From an uncultured Acidobacteriota bacterium (lineage in GTDB: Bacteria; Acidobacteriota; Thermoanaerobaculia; Multivoradales; UBA5704): a stretch of DNA of 64,000 nucleotides. Numbering within the stretch: position 1 is the stretch's first letter; each line of letters starts with the position of its first letter. Where the stretch lies: the NCBI GenBank assembly GCA_963770895.1, contig CAVYRF010000002.1, forward strand, positions 1,664,001-1,728,000, given 5' to 3'. The position numbers and the translations under genes are program-made. The notes beneath the pieces were generated by a model. The model did not search any database. It was not told where the DNA came from and saw only the letters and a list, made by a program, of their open reading frames with translations. Of the stretch, positions 19,420 through 30,898 are shown in pieces.

Positions 19420-20445
19420 TCAGAAGAGCCGCCCGGAAGTGCCGTGCCGCGGCGGCATCCCGAGGTGCTCGTAGGCGCGCCGGGTGGCGACCCGCCCCCT
19501 GGGGGTACGCTGCAGGAAACCCTCCTGGATCAGGAAGGGCTCGTACAGGTCTTCGAGCGTCCCCGCGTCTTCGCCCACCGCCGCCGCCAGCGCCTTGAGC
19601 CCCGCGGGGCCGCCGTCGTAGTGCTCGATGAGCGTGGTCAGCAGCTTGCGGTCGACGTCTTCGAAGCCGTATTCGTCCACCTCCAGCAGCGCCAGCGCCC
19701 GGCGCGCCGCGTCCAGGTCGACGCGCGCCGCCCGCTCGACCTGGGCGAAGTCGCGCACCCGCCGCAGCAGGCGATTGGCCACGCGCGGCGTGCCGCGGCT
19801 GCGGCGCGCCAGCTCGCCGGCGCCGTCGGGGTCGATGGCGATGGCGAGCAGCCGCGCCGACCGGGCGATGATCTGCGTCAGCTCTTCGGGGTGGTAGAAG
19901 TCCAGCCGGTGCACGATGCCGAACCGCGCCCGCAACGGCGCGCTGATCAGGCCGGCGCGCGTGGTGGCGCCCACCAGGGTGAAGCGGGGCAGCGTCAGCT
20001 TCACGGTGCGGGCGGCCGGCCCCTGGCCGACCACCAGGTCCAGCCGGTAGTCCTCCAGCGCCGGATACAGGATCTCTTCGACCGCCGGCCCCAGGCGATG
20101 GATCTCGTCGATGAACAGCACCTCGCCCGCTTCCAGGTTGGTCAGGATCGCCGCCAGGTCGCCTGCACGCTCCAGCACCGGACCCGAAGTGACCCGCAGC
20201 GGCGCCCCCATCTCGCTCGCGATCAGGTGCGCCAGCGTCGTCTTGCCCAGCCCCGGAGGGCCGAACAGCAGCGTGTGATCCAGGCTTTCCCGGCGCTCGC
20301 GCGCCGCGCGGATGAAGACCCGCAGGTTGTCGACCACCTTGCGCTGGCCGACGTATTCCGTCAGCTCGCGCGGCCGCAGCGACGGCTCGACCCCCAGGTC
20401 CTCCGGGTCGGGCACCCCGGAAAGCAGCCGCTCGTCAGGAACCAT
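19420..20445 (-). CDS. ruvB: Holliday junction helicase RuvB
   Basis: [41 protein letters not shown]. Confidence 0.98.
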   Translation of the reverse strand: MVPDERLLSGVPDPEDLGVEPSLRPRELTEYVGQRKVVDNLRVFIRAARERRESLDHTLLFGPPGLGKTTLAHLIASEMGAPLRVTSGPVLERAGDLAAILTNLEAGEVLFIDEIHRLGPAVEEILYPALEDYRLDLVVGQGPAARTVKLTLPRFTLVGATTRAGLISAPLRARFGIVHRLDFYHPEELTQIIARSARLLAIAIDPDGAGELARRSRGTPRVANRLLRRVRDFAQVERAARVDLDAARRALALLEVDEYGFEDVDRKLLTTLIEHYDGGPAGLKALAAAVGEDAGTLEDLYEPFLIQEGFLQRTPRGRVATRRAYEHLGMPPRHGTSGRLF

Positions 20446-20503
20446 GCGGCCATTCTAACCGCGCCGGCCCGCCCCGCCCGTCCAATCTGCCAACGCGGCG
20501 CGG

Positions 20504-21124
20504 TCAGGCGCGCGACAGGCGGTTGAGGCTGGCGCGCAGCAGGTCCTGGAAGGCGGCCTCGGGGCGGTCGCGCCGGGCGTCGGCCACGGCGCGTTCGGCC
20601 TGCGCCTGCCGGTAGCCCAGGTTGACCAGGGCGGACACGACGTCGTGGTCGGCCGGTGCCGCCGCGGCCGTGGCCGCGCGCGGCAGCTCGGCGGCCAGCT
20701 CGCGCACCTTGTCGCGCAGCTCCAGCACCATGCGCTCGGCGGTCTTCTTGCCGATGCCGGGGATGGTGGCCAGCCGCGCCAGGTCGCCGGCGGCCAGGGC
20801 CGCCAGCAGGTCGTCGGTGGGCATGCCCGAAAGCACCACCCGCGCCAGCCGCGGGCCGATGCCCGACACCGAGATGAGCTTTTCGAACAGCGCTCGTTCG
20901 CGCTCGCTCCAGAAACCGAACAGAGCGATGCCGTCGTCGCGCAGGTGGGTGTGGATGAAGAGCCGCACCTGGCCGGCCGCGGCGCCCCCGCCCCCGGCGC
21001 AGGCACGCTCCACCTCGTAGAACGTCGACAGCGGGATGTGCACGTCGTAGCCCACGCCGTGCACGTCCACCAGCACGCGCTCGGGGCTGAACTGCAGCAC
21101 CGTTCCCTGGAGGTGGCCGATCAT
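20504..21124 (-). CDS. ruvA: Holliday junction DNA-binding protein RuvA
   Basis: MIGHLQG, GVGY, SVSGIGPRLA, IPGIGKKTAER, ALVNLGY. Confidence 0.97.
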   Translation of the reverse strand: MIGHLQGTVLQFSPERVLVDVHGVGYDVHIPLSTFYEVERACAGGGGAAAGQVRLFIHTHLRDDGIALFGFWSERERALFEKLISVSGIGPRLARVVLSGMPTDDLLAALAAGDLARLATIPGIGKKTAERMVLELRDKVRELAAELPRAATAAAAPADHDVVSALVNLGYRQAQAERAVADARRDRPEAAFQDLLRASLNRLSRA

Positions 21125-21153
21125 CGGTGCGGCTCAGGCCGGCGGACGGTCCG

Positions 21154-23133
21154 CTAGCCGGCCTGCCCAGCCGGCAGCGGCATGCCGTCCGGTCCGACGC
21201 CCAGGGTGCTGAGCAGCTGGCTGTTGTACTCCAGCCCCAGCTCGCGCTGACGGCGCTCGATGAGCGCGCCGACGATGGTGTTGAGGCGCTGCTGCACCAG
21301 GCCCCGCCGCGTCTGATCCTTGGCCGCCGCGTACTTGGCCGGATCCCAGCTCTTGCGCTCCAGCACCTCGAACAGCACGGCGCCCGCGGCATCGGTCACC
21401 GGGCCGCCGACCTTGCCGACGGGCAGGCTCATCGCCAGCTTGGCCAGCTGCGGGCTGCCGCCCAGGCCCGGAATCGAGCCGCTGGCGCCGAACTCGGGGC
21501 TCTCCTTGGCCGGCACCGCCAGCTCGGCCGCCACCTGGTCGAACGTCTTGCCCTTCTCGATCTCCTGGCGGGCCGCGGTCAGGCGCTCCAGCGCCTTCTC
21601 TTCCTGCTTGCGGGTGAAGAGCGCCTGCCGCACCTTGCCCTCCACCTCGGATTGGTCGGCCGCATGCGGCTGATAGACCGTCTTGACGAAGGCGATCGCC
21701 CAGCCGCGCGGCACCTCGACGGCGCCGGTCAGGTCGCCCGCCTTGGCGGCGAAGAACGCCGAGTTGAAGGACGGCGCCATCCCGAGGCCGGACACCGGAT
21801 CCTGCTGGCCGATCCGCTTGATCGGGGTGAAGACGACGCCGGGGTTGTCCTTGGCCAGCGCCTGCAAGGCGTCGTCGTTCTTGGGCTTCTGGCCGGCGAG
21901 CTTGGCGGCCAGGTCCTTGGCCTTGCTTTCCGCCAGCTGGCGGGCCTTGTCGAACGACAGCCGCGAGCGGATCTGCGGCGTCACTTCGGCCAGCGGCTGC
22001 ACGCCGCCCGGCCGGCGGCCGGTGACCAGCAGCAGGTGGTAGCCGAAGGGCGACTTGATCGGCCCGACCAGCTGTCCGGCTCCCTTGATCTTGTCAGGGG
22101 TGACCGAAAACGCCGCGTCTTCGAATTCCTTGACCATCCTGCCGCGGCCGAAGAAGCCCAGGTCGCCGCCGTTGGCCTTGCTGCCGGGGTCCTCGGAAAC
22201 CTGCCGCGCCACGGCGCCGAAGTCTTCGCCCTTGTCGACCCGCCGCTTGGCGTCGTCGATCTTCTGCCGCGCCTGGGCATCGGTCTGCTTGTCGTTGACC
22301 ATCACCAGGATGTGGCTGGCCCGCACCTGTTCGTCCTGCTTGAACTCCTCCTGGTGATCCTTGTAGTAGGCCTGCAGGTCGGCGTCGGAGATCTGCACCT
22401 GGTCGAGCAGCCGGCTGGGTTCGACCAGCAGGTAGCTGCCGTCGCGCTGCTCGGGCAGGCGATAGTCCTGGCGGTGCTGCTGGAAGTAAGCGCTCACTTC
22501 GGCCGGCGGCACCACCACGTCGGCAAAGCGCGCCCGCGGCAGCTCGACGTAGCGCACCTTGGCGCGCTCCACCTGGTCGCGATAGGTGCGCTCGACTTCG
22601 GAATCGCTGATGTAGAGATCGGCTTCGAGCGCTTCGAGCAGCTTTTGCCGCATGAGATCCTGGCGCTCCACCTCCTCGAAGCCGGCGACGGTCCAGCCCA
22701 TCCGCTGCAGGACCTGCTGGTAGCGCGCGTCGCCGATGAATTGGCCCTGGTCGTCGTGGAAGGTGTCCATCAGGGCGTCGCGCAGCTCGTCGTCGGTCAC
22801 CTTGAGACCGATCCGCCGCGCCTCCATCAGCAGGATCGCCTGGGTCACCGCCTGGTTGAGCGCCTTGAACCCGACGTTCATCTGCTTGGCCATGGCCGGC
22901 GTGTACTGTTCGCCGTACATCTGGCGGTTGCGCTCGTCCAGCGCCCGGTAGACGTGCTGGAAGTCATTCTGCGAGATGGTCGTGCCGCCGATCTTGGCCG
23001 CCCACGAGGCGTTGTTTCTGCCGGTGCGGATGCCGGTGCCGAAATCGACGAAGACGAAAAGCACGAACAGACCGATAATGACCCACAGAATCCAGCTTAA
23101 GTACTTGACGTTTTCGCGGAGCACCTTGAGCAT
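21154..23133 (-). CDS. Membrane-anchored SurA/PpiD-type peptidyl-prolyl isomerase
   Basis: N-terminal TM, SurA_N region, parvulin motifs VRASHIL, SEDPGSKANGGDLG, SPFGYH. Confidence 0.9.
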   Translation of the reverse strand: MLKVLRENVKYLSWILWVIIGLFVLFVFVDFGTGIRTGRNNASWAAKIGGTTISQNDFQHVYRALDERNRQMYGEQYTPAMAKQMNVGFKALNQAVTQAILLMEARRIGLKVTDDELRDALMDTFHDDQGQFIGDARYQQVLQRMGWTVAGFEEVERQDLMRQKLLEALEADLYISDSEVERTYRDQVERAKVRYVELPRARFADVVVPPAEVSAYFQQHRQDYRLPEQRDGSYLLVEPSRLLDQVQISDADLQAYYKDHQEEFKQDEQVRASHILVMVNDKQTDAQARQKIDDAKRRVDKGEDFGAVARQVSEDPGSKANGGDLGFFGRGRMVKEFEDAAFSVTPDKIKGAGQLVGPIKSPFGYHLLLVTGRRPGGVQPLAEVTPQIRSRLSFDKARQLAESKAKDLAAKLAGQKPKNDDALQALAKDNPGVVFTPIKRIGQQDPVSGLGMAPSFNSAFFAAKAGDLTGAVEVPRGWAIAFVKTVYQPHAADQSEVEGKVRQALFTRKQEEKALERLTAARQEIEKGKTFDQVAAELAVPAKESPEFGASGSIPGLGGSPQLAKLAMSLPVGKVGGPVTDAAGAVLFEVLERKSWDPAKYAAAKDQTRRGLVQQRLNTIVGALIERRQRELGLEYNSQLLSTLGVGPDGMPLPAGQAG

Positions 23134-23269
23134 ACACCGACTCCTTTCGCTCCGGGCCGCCTGGCGCCGGAGGGACCAGCACTTTACCAGCGGCGCCCCC
23201 CGCGCGACAACCGGGGAGGGGGCTGCGCCGGTCGCCTCGCCGTCCGCGGCGGCGCGGGCAGGCGCCCCC

Positions 23270-25072
23270 GTGGCGGTCGCCGCGGTCGCCGCGGGCCTGG
23301 CCGCGCTGCTGGTCCTGCTGCTCGCCTTTGCGCTCCAGCCGCTGGTGCACGACGACCTGTTCTGGCACCTGCGCACCGGCCAATGGATCGCCGCGCACCA
23401 CCGGGTGCCGCTGACCGACCTGTTCTCCTACACCCGCTTCGGCGCGCGCTGGATCACCCACGAATGGGGGTTTTCCCTGCTCAGCCACCTGGTCTGGCGC
23501 GCCGGCGGCGCCGGCGGCCTGGTGCTGCTGACCGTGCTGCTGACCGCCGGCACCTTCGCCGCCGTGGCCTGGCGCGCCCTGGCGCTGGCGCCCCCCGCGG
23601 CGGACGGGCCCGGCCGCCGGCCCGCTTCCCACCGGCTGCTGCTGCTGGCCCTGCTGGCGCTCGGCCTGTGGGCAGGGTCGCCCGAGATCTTCCTGCGCGC
23701 GGCGCTGGCCGGCGAGCTGCTGCTGGCCCTGGCGCTGGCCGCGATCACCGCCTACGGCAGGAGCGGCCGGCGCCGCTGGCTGGTCGCCCTGGCGGCGCTC
23801 TTCTGGGTGTGGGCCAACGTCCATTCCGGGGTGCTGTTCGGCCTGCTGATCCTGGCGCTCTACGCCCTGGAGGCGGCGGTCCGACGGGCCGCGGCGACGG
23901 CGCTCTGGCTGGGGACGCTGGCGGCCGCGGCGGCGCTCACCCTGGTCAATCCCAACGGTCTGGACGCGCCGCTCTACCCGCTGCTGCTCAGCCGCATCCT
24001 GTTCGCGAGCGGCATCCCCTGGGAGCTGGGGCACTTCACCGCCGCCGCGCCGGCGGGGCCGACCGCCGCGCTCTGGCTGCTCGCGGTGCTGCTGCTGCTG
24101 GCGCTCCTGCCGCTGGCACAGGTGCGTCGTCTGGGGGGCGCCGAGGCGGCGACGATGGCCTTTTTCGCCCTTGCCAGCGTGCGCTCCCACCGCTTCGTCT
24201 TCGACCTGGTGGTGGTGGCGCTGCCGACGCTCTACAAGCTGTTGGTGCTGCCGCCGCCGTCGCCCCCGTCGTCCGGTGCGGCGCGCCTGCGCGGCCTGGC
24301 GGGCCGCCCGGCGCTGGCGGCTGCCGTAGCGCTCCTCTTCCTGCTGCCGCTGGCCCCCCTGCCGCTCACCGCCGCCGCGGCCTGGGCGCGCCGGCCGCCC
24401 GCCGCCGGCGGCCTGATCGCCGAGCCCTTTCCCGAGGCGGCCCTGCGCTTTGTCGTCCGCCAGGGGATCGCCGGACCGCACGACCGCATCTTCAACGCCC
24501 AGAACCTGGGCGGTTTCATCGGCTGGCGCCTGGGCGTGCCGGTCTTCTGGGACGGCCGCAACGACGTCTTTGCCGAGCTGGTGCGCCAGGTGGCGACGAC
24601 GCCCTTCGGCCTCACCGCCAGCCGCCACCAGTTCGACTACCTGCTGATCACCGAGCACGACCTGCCCGGCATTCAACCCGAGATCGCCGCCGGCCGCTGG
24701 GGGCTGGTCTACTGGGACGACTTCAACGCCCTCTACCTGCGGCGCGACCAGCGCTACGCGCCGCTCCTGGCGCGGCTGGAGCTGCGTCTGTTGCCGCCCT
24801 TCGGCGGCAGCCCCGGCCTGAGCGCCTGGATCGCCGCCGCCGGCGCGCCCGCCGCCGCCGCGGCGCGCGCCGAGCTCGCCCAGGTGCTGGCGGCCAACCC
24901 GGCCAACCAGCGCGCCCTCTACTTCTCGGCGGTGATCAGCCTCGACCGCGGCGAACCGCGCCGCGCCGCGCAGGAGCTGGCCGCGGCCGCCCGCATCCGC
25001 CCCTCGGAGGAGGTCGATCGCGCCTGGGACCTGCTGCGCCACACGCCTGTGGTATATTCGGCGGCCCACTGA
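23270..25072 (+). CDS. Polytopic membrane protein, possible GT-C-like, with C-terminal TPR-like helices
   Basis: DDLFWHLRTGQWI, WITHEW, WANVHSG, VFWDGRND; many TM segments; start uncertain. Confidence 0.7.
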   Translation: MAVAAVAAGLAALLVLLLAFALQPLVHDDLFWHLRTGQWIAAHHRVPLTDLFSYTRFGARWITHEWGFSLLSHLVWRAGGAGGLVLLTVLLTAGTFAAVAWRALALAPPAADGPGRRPASHRLLLLALLALGLWAGSPEIFLRAALAGELLLALALAAITAYGRSGRRRWLVALAALFWVWANVHSGVLFGLLILALYALEAAVRRAAATALWLGTLAAAAALTLVNPNGLDAPLYPLLLSRILFASGIPWELGHFTAAAPAGPTAALWLLAVLLLLALLPLAQVRRLGGAEAATMAFFALASVRSHRFVFDLVVVALPTLYKLLVLPPPSPPSSGAARLRGLAGRPALAAAVALLFLLPLAPLPLTAAAAWARRPPAAGGLIAEPFPEAALRFVVRQGIAGPHDRIFNAQNLGGFIGWRLGVPVFWDGRNDVFAELVRQVATTPFGLTASRHQFDYLLITEHDLPGIQPEIAAGRWGLVYWDDFNALYLRRDQRYAPLLARLELRLLPPFGGSPGLSAWIAAAGAPAAAAARAELAQVLAANPANQRALYFSAVISLDRGEPRRAAQELAAAARIRPSEEVDRAWDLLRHTPVVYSAAH

Positions 25073-25095
25073 GAAGAAGAGAAAGGGATGCTCAG

Positions 25096-26562
25096 GTGCC
25101 TGCGCTGCCCTCCCGCAAGCCGATCCGCACGCGCAAAGACTGGTACAGCATCTCGGTAGACACCCTCCGTGGCTGGTTCTTCCTCTCCCTGCTGGCGGTG
25201 GCCCTGGTGCTCGGCTACATGGCGTACCGCTCGTGGGAACGCCGCCAGATGGAGCGCGACTCGCGCCGGGTGATCGAGGAAGACCAGCAGCTGCTCAACC
25301 GCGTCAGCGCCGACCTCAAGCTGGGTGAGTTCAAGAGCGAATACGACGCCGGCAAGGAGCGCTGGCAGGAAGCGCGCGGCGAGCTCGCCCAGGGCGACTT
25401 CCGCGCCGCCCTGACCAGCGCGGTCACCAGCCGCAAGCTCCTGCAATCGATCTTCGACAGCCTGGCGCTGACCAACTCGGGCGGCCAGGCGCAGTTCATC
25501 TCGCTGTCCGGCGACGTGGAGTTCAAACGCGCCGAGGGCGGCGCCTGGGAAGAAGCGCGCAACCGGCTGGCCCTGGCCGCCGGCGACACGGTGCGCACCG
25601 GCGACGGCGGCTCCGCCGAAATCGTCTTCCTGGACGGCACGCTGTACACCGTGCGGTCCAACACCCAGTTCGTCATCGCCCAGGGCGCCCCGGCGGCGGG
25701 CGGCGGCGCCGGGGGGGCCGGTTCCGAGGCGGCCGGGCAGGCCATCCAGATGGAGTACGGCTGGGTCAACCTGAACACCTCGACCCGCCCCAGCCAGGTG
25801 AAGACTCCGGGCGCCACCGCCAGCGTGCGCGAAGATTCGGAAGCCTTCGTGACCTACGACCGCGATGCCAACCGCGGACGCTTCGGCGCCGTGCGCGGCA
25901 CCATGGAGCTGGCCGCCCGCGGCGGCATGACCCGCCAGCTGGGCGAGCTGCAGCAGGTGGTGCAGACCGGCGACCTGCTGTCGCAGACGCAAAAGCTGCC
26001 GGCGCCTCCCGAGCCGGTCGAGCCCGCCGACAACCGCGAGCTGGACCTGACCCATACCGCGAGCGTCGTGCTCGCCTGGAACCCGGTTGCCGGCGCGCCC
26101 CGCTATGCGCTGCAGGTGTCGCGCAACCACCTCTTTGCCGACAACCTGATCAGTGTCGAAAATCGCGCCCGGCCCAAGGCCACCCTGGGCCTGCGCGGCG
26201 AGGGGACGTTCTTCTGGCGCGTCGCCGCCTTCAGCCGCGAGGGTTTCGAGGGGCCGTGGAGCCGGCCGCGCAAGTTTCGCGTCGCCACTTTCAAGGCCGC
26301 CGGCGACAAGCCGGGGCCGCCGCTCGAATTGGAGCTCGTGGACGTCAAATCGTACGGTAGTATCTTTATCGTCGCCGGCCGCTGTACACCCGGCGCGCGG
26401 CTTGAAATCAACGGCGAGCAGGCCGACGTCGGCGTCGACGGCTCGTTCAAGAAAACGGTGCAGTTCAACAAGGAAGGGTGGGGCGCCATCGAAGTCCGCG
26501 CCCGCGACCGGTGGGGCAGCGAAACGGTTCGCCGCCGGCGCGTGCTGGTTGAGAGTCAATAG
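25096..26562 (+). CDS. Membrane-anchored FecR-domain protein with FN3/Ig-like C-terminus
   Basis: TM, then LAAGDTVRTGDGGSAEIVFLDG (FecR), VKTPGATASVR, LAWNPV..YALQVS..FFWRVAA. Confidence 0.78.
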   Translation: MPALPSRKPIRTRKDWYSISVDTLRGWFFLSLLAVALVLGYMAYRSWERRQMERDSRRVIEEDQQLLNRVSADLKLGEFKSEYDAGKERWQEARGELAQGDFRAALTSAVTSRKLLQSIFDSLALTNSGGQAQFISLSGDVEFKRAEGGAWEEARNRLALAAGDTVRTGDGGSAEIVFLDGTLYTVRSNTQFVIAQGAPAAGGGAGGAGSEAAGQAIQMEYGWVNLNTSTRPSQVKTPGATASVREDSEAFVTYDRDANRGRFGAVRGTMELAARGGMTRQLGELQQVVQTGDLLSQTQKLPAPPEPVEPADNRELDLTHTASVVLAWNPVAGAPRYALQVSRNHLFADNLISVENRARPKATLGLRGEGTFFWRVAAFSREGFEGPWSRPRKFRVATFKAAGDKPGPPLELELVDVKSYGSIFIVAGRCTPGARLEINGEQADVGVDGSFKKTVQFNKEGWGAIEVRARDRWGSETVRRRRVLVESQ

Positions 26563-27678
<1,116 letters not shown>

Positions 27679-27716
27679 CCATGCCGGCGGTTGCGACCTG
27701 AAGCCGGGGGCGATCT

Positions 27717-28568
27717 GTGGATGAGCGCCGCACCGGCTACCTGCTGATCGTCCTGCTGCTGGCGCAGCTGGTGCTGGTGGCGATCGAGGGCGCCCGCGGC
27801 AGCCGTTCGCACACCTATATCGAAGTTGCCGGCCTGCGCCTGCTGGGGCCGGTGGCCCACTCGGTCGCCAGCGCCACGCAGTCGGTGGCGGGCGTCGGCC
27901 GCGACGTCCGGCTGCAGGGCCAGCTGCTCGACGAGAACCGGCGCCTGCGCCGCGAAGTCGAGGAGCTGCACCTGCGCCTGCTGCGCCTGGCCGACGTGGA
28001 GCAGGACCTGGCGCGGCTGGGCGCGGCGGTGCGCTACAGCGCCCCGCTGCTGGGTGAGATCCGCGCCGTGGACGTGGTGTACGCCGACCACACCTCGTGG
28101 CTGCGGTCCGTCATGCTCTACACCGGCGCTCACCCGGCGGTGGTCAACCAGCCCGTGCTGTCCGCCGGCGGTCTGGTCGGCCGGGTGGTGGTCGTCGCCG
28201 GCCCGTTTGCCAAGGTGCAGCTGATCACCGACCGCGCCGCGGCGGTGGGCGGCATGATCTCGCGCACCCGCCGCCAGGGGGTGGTGCACGGCAGCGGCCT
28301 GGAAGACGGCAGCCTCAGCCTCGAATACGTGCCGCTGTCCGCCGACGTGCAGCCCGGCGACCGGGTGCTGACCGCCGGCATCGACGGCGTGTTCCCCCGC
28401 GGCATCCCGGTGGGGACGGTGGTCGCGGTCGACGCGGGCGGCCAGCTTTTCCACAAGATCCGCCTGGCCCCCGCCGTCGATTTCGGCACCCTCGACCAGG
28501 TCTACCTGCTGCAGAGCGTCGCGGTTCCGCCGGAGCTCGCCAAGGCCCTTCCCGGTGCGCATCGCTAA
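27717..28568 (+). CDS. mreC: Rod shape-determining protein MreC
   Basis: TM, coiled coil ENRRLR, GLVGRV, GDRVLTAG.DGVFPRGIPVG; follows mreB. Confidence 0.95.
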   Translation: MDERRTGYLLIVLLLAQLVLVAIEGARGSRSHTYIEVAGLRLLGPVAHSVASATQSVAGVGRDVRLQGQLLDENRRLRREVEELHLRLLRLADVEQDLARLGAAVRYSAPLLGEIRAVDVVYADHTSWLRSVMLYTGAHPAVVNQPVLSAGGLVGRVVVVAGPFAKVQLITDRAAAVGGMISRTRRQGVVHGSGLEDGSLSLEYVPLSADVQPGDRVLTAGIDGVFPRGIPVGTVVAVDAGGQLFHKIRLAPAVDFGTLDQVYLLQSVAVPPELAKALPGAHR

Positions 28569-29082
28569 ACTTCTCGCCGCCCTCGGCCTGGCCGTGCTGG
28601 TGCACCTGGTCGGCACCCGCGTGATGGCGACCTTTCCGCTGCGCATCGACGTGCTGCTGGTCGTGGTGCTGCTCCACGCCCTGGAAGGCAACTCGCTGTC
28701 GGCGTTGCTCTTCGGCTTGCTGGCGGGTCTGGTGCAGGATACTCTAGCCGGTGGTCCTTTCGGCTTGTCCGGGTTTGCGGACACCCTGGTCGCCTACGGC
28801 ATCGCCAGGCTGGCGCAGCGCCTGGTGATCCAGCGGACCACAGGGGTGTTCCTGGTGGTGAGCTTCGCGTCGCTGCTGCAGCAGGTGGTTCTCGCCGTTC
28901 TCGCCTTCTTGTTGCTGCCCAATCCGACGCTGCCGGCGCCACTGGGGATGTTGGAGCAGGCGGTGATCAAGGCCGTGGCGTGCGGCGCCCTGGGGCTCGT
29001 GGTCTACGCTCTGTCAGGCCGTCTGCGCCGCGCCTTCGATGCCCGCCGGCGCGGGCACTCCGGGCGTTTGCGATTGGGGTGA
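28555..29082 (+). CDS. mreD: Rod shape-determining protein MreD
   Basis: Hydrophobic, GLLAGLVQD; between mreC and mrdA. Confidence 0.88.
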   Translation: MRIAKLLAALGLAVLVHLVGTRVMATFPLRIDVLLVVVLLHALEGNSLSALLFGLLAGLVQDTLAGGPFGLSGFADTLVAYGIARLAQRLVIQRTTGVFLVVSFASLLQQVVLAVLAFLLLPNPTLPAPLGMLEQAVIKAVACGALGLVVYALSGRLRRAFDARRRGHSGRLRLG

Positions 29083-29086
29083 AGCG

Positions 29087-30898
29087 ATGACACAGGTGGT
29101 GCGCGAGTATCGGGACGACCTCGTCGGGCGCGTGCGCATCCTGGCCGCCCTGGTGACGGGCGTGCTGGTGCTGATCGCCTCGGGCTTCTGGTTCGTGCAG
29201 ATCGCCCAGGGCGACTACTACCGCGAGCTGGCCGAAAACAACCGCCTGCGCAAGCTGCCGATCATCGCGCCGCGCGGCCTCATCTACGACCGCCGCGGCC
29301 GGCTGCTGGTGGAGAACCTGCCGAGCTACAACCTGATGGTGGACCGCAGCCGGGCGAGCGACCTGGACCACAGCCTGGGCTTTGCCGCCTCGGTGATGGG
29401 GCGCCCCCCCGGCGACCTGTCGGAGATCGTCGATCGCTACCACGGCGTGCCGGTCTTCAAGCCGGTCCTGGTGGCCGAAAACCTGACCCTGGCCGAGGTG
29501 GCGCGCATCGGCGTCAAGGGGCTCGAATACCCCGAATTCGAAGTCGACGTCCAGCAGTCCCGCCTGTACCGCCACCGCGAGCAGACCGCCCACGTCATCG
29601 GCTACATCGGCGAGGCCACGCCGGAAGAGATCGAGCGCTCCGAAAAGGGCGACAGGGCGGTGGCCCCCGGCGACGTCACCGGCAAGAAGGGGATCGAAAA
29701 GCGCTACGACGCGATGCTGCGCGGCAAGGACGGCGAGCGGGTGGTGGTGGTGGACAGCCGCGGCCAGCTGCTGCGCGAATTCGGCCGCATCCCCTCGGTG
29801 CCCGGCAAGGACCTCAACCTGTCGCTCGACCTGGAGCTGCAGCAGGAAGCGGCGAGCTTCCTGGACGGCCCCGAAAAGGTCGGCGCCATCGTCGCCATGG
29901 ACCCGCGCAACGGCGAGGTTCTGGCCCTGGTGTCGTCGCCCTCGTACAACTCCAACCTGTTCACCCACCGGCTGCAGGAAGACGACTGGCAGGCGCTGCT
30001 CGAAGCGCCGAACAACCCGCTGCAAAACCGCGCGCTGCAAAACGCCTATTCGCCGGGTTCGACCTTCAAGATCGTGATGGCCACGGCCGGCCTTTCCGAG
30101 CACCTGATCGACGAAAATTTCCGCCTCTTCTGCGAAGGCCAGACCACCATCTACGGCCACAGCTTCCGCTGCTGGCGCAAGGAGGGGCACGGCTCGGTCA
30201 ACGTGCGCGAAGCGCTGGAGCATTCGTGCGACGTCTTCTTCTACCACCTGGGCCAGCGCCTGGGCATCGAGCGCATCGCCCGCTACGCCCGCCTGTTCGG
30301 GTTCGGCGCCCTGACCGGCATCGACATCCCCGGCGAGAAGGAGGGGCTGGTCCCCGACGCGGCCTGGAGCCTCAAGGCGCGCCATGCCCCCTGGTATCCG
30401 GGCGAAACCATCTCCGTCGCCATCGGCCAGGGGCCGATGCTGGTGACGCCGCTGCAGATGGCGTCGATGACCGCGGTGGTGGCCAACGGCGGCAGTCGGG
30501 TGGTGCCGCACCTGGTGCGCAACGCCGGCGCGCCGCCGCCGCAAAAGCTCAACATCGACCCGCAGGCGCTCGCCATCGTGCGCCAGGGGCTGTGGGCGGT
30601 GGTCAACGATCCGGGCGGCACCGCCTACAGCTCTGCCTATCTGCCCGGCGCCGACATCGCCGGCAAGACCGGCAGCGTCCAGGTGATCGGGCAAAAGGTG
30701 CGCACCAAGGCCGAATCCCTGCCCTTCAAGTACCGCGACCACGGCTGGTTCACCTCCTTCGCCCCCGAAAGCGACCCGCGCCTGGTGGTGTCGGTCTTCT
30801 GCGAGCATGGCGGCTCGGGCCACACCGCCGCGCCCATCGCCAAGGCGCTGTACGAAAAGTGGCGCCGCATCGAGGCCAGCTATGGCGACGCTCGCTGA
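29087..30898 (+). CDS. mrdA: Penicillin-binding protein 2
   Basis: APRGLIYDR, PGSTFK (SxxK), SCD, KTG. Confidence 0.95.
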   Translation: MTQVVREYRDDLVGRVRILAALVTGVLVLIASGFWFVQIAQGDYYRELAENNRLRKLPIIAPRGLIYDRRGRLLVENLPSYNLMVDRSRASDLDHSLGFAASVMGRPPGDLSEIVDRYHGVPVFKPVLVAENLTLAEVARIGVKGLEYPEFEVDVQQSRLYRHREQTAHVIGYIGEATPEEIERSEKGDRAVAPGDVTGKKGIEKRYDAMLRGKDGERVVVVDSRGQLLREFGRIPSVPGKDLNLSLDLELQQEAASFLDGPEKVGAIVAMDPRNGEVLALVSSPSYNSNLFTHRLQEDDWQALLEAPNNPLQNRALQNAYSPGSTFKIVMATAGLSEHLIDENFRLFCEGQTTIYGHSFRCWRKEGHGSVNVREALEHSCDVFFYHLGQRLGIERIARYARLFGFGALTGIDIPGEKEGLVPDAAWSLKARHAPWYPGETISVAIGQGPMLVTPLQMASMTAVVANGGSRVVPHLVRNAGAPPPQKLNIDPQALAIVRQGLWAVVNDPGGTAYSSAYLPGADIAGKTGSVQVIGQKVRTKAESLPFKYRDHGWFTSFAPESDPRLVVSVFCEHGGSGHTAAPIAKALYEKWRRIEASYGDAR

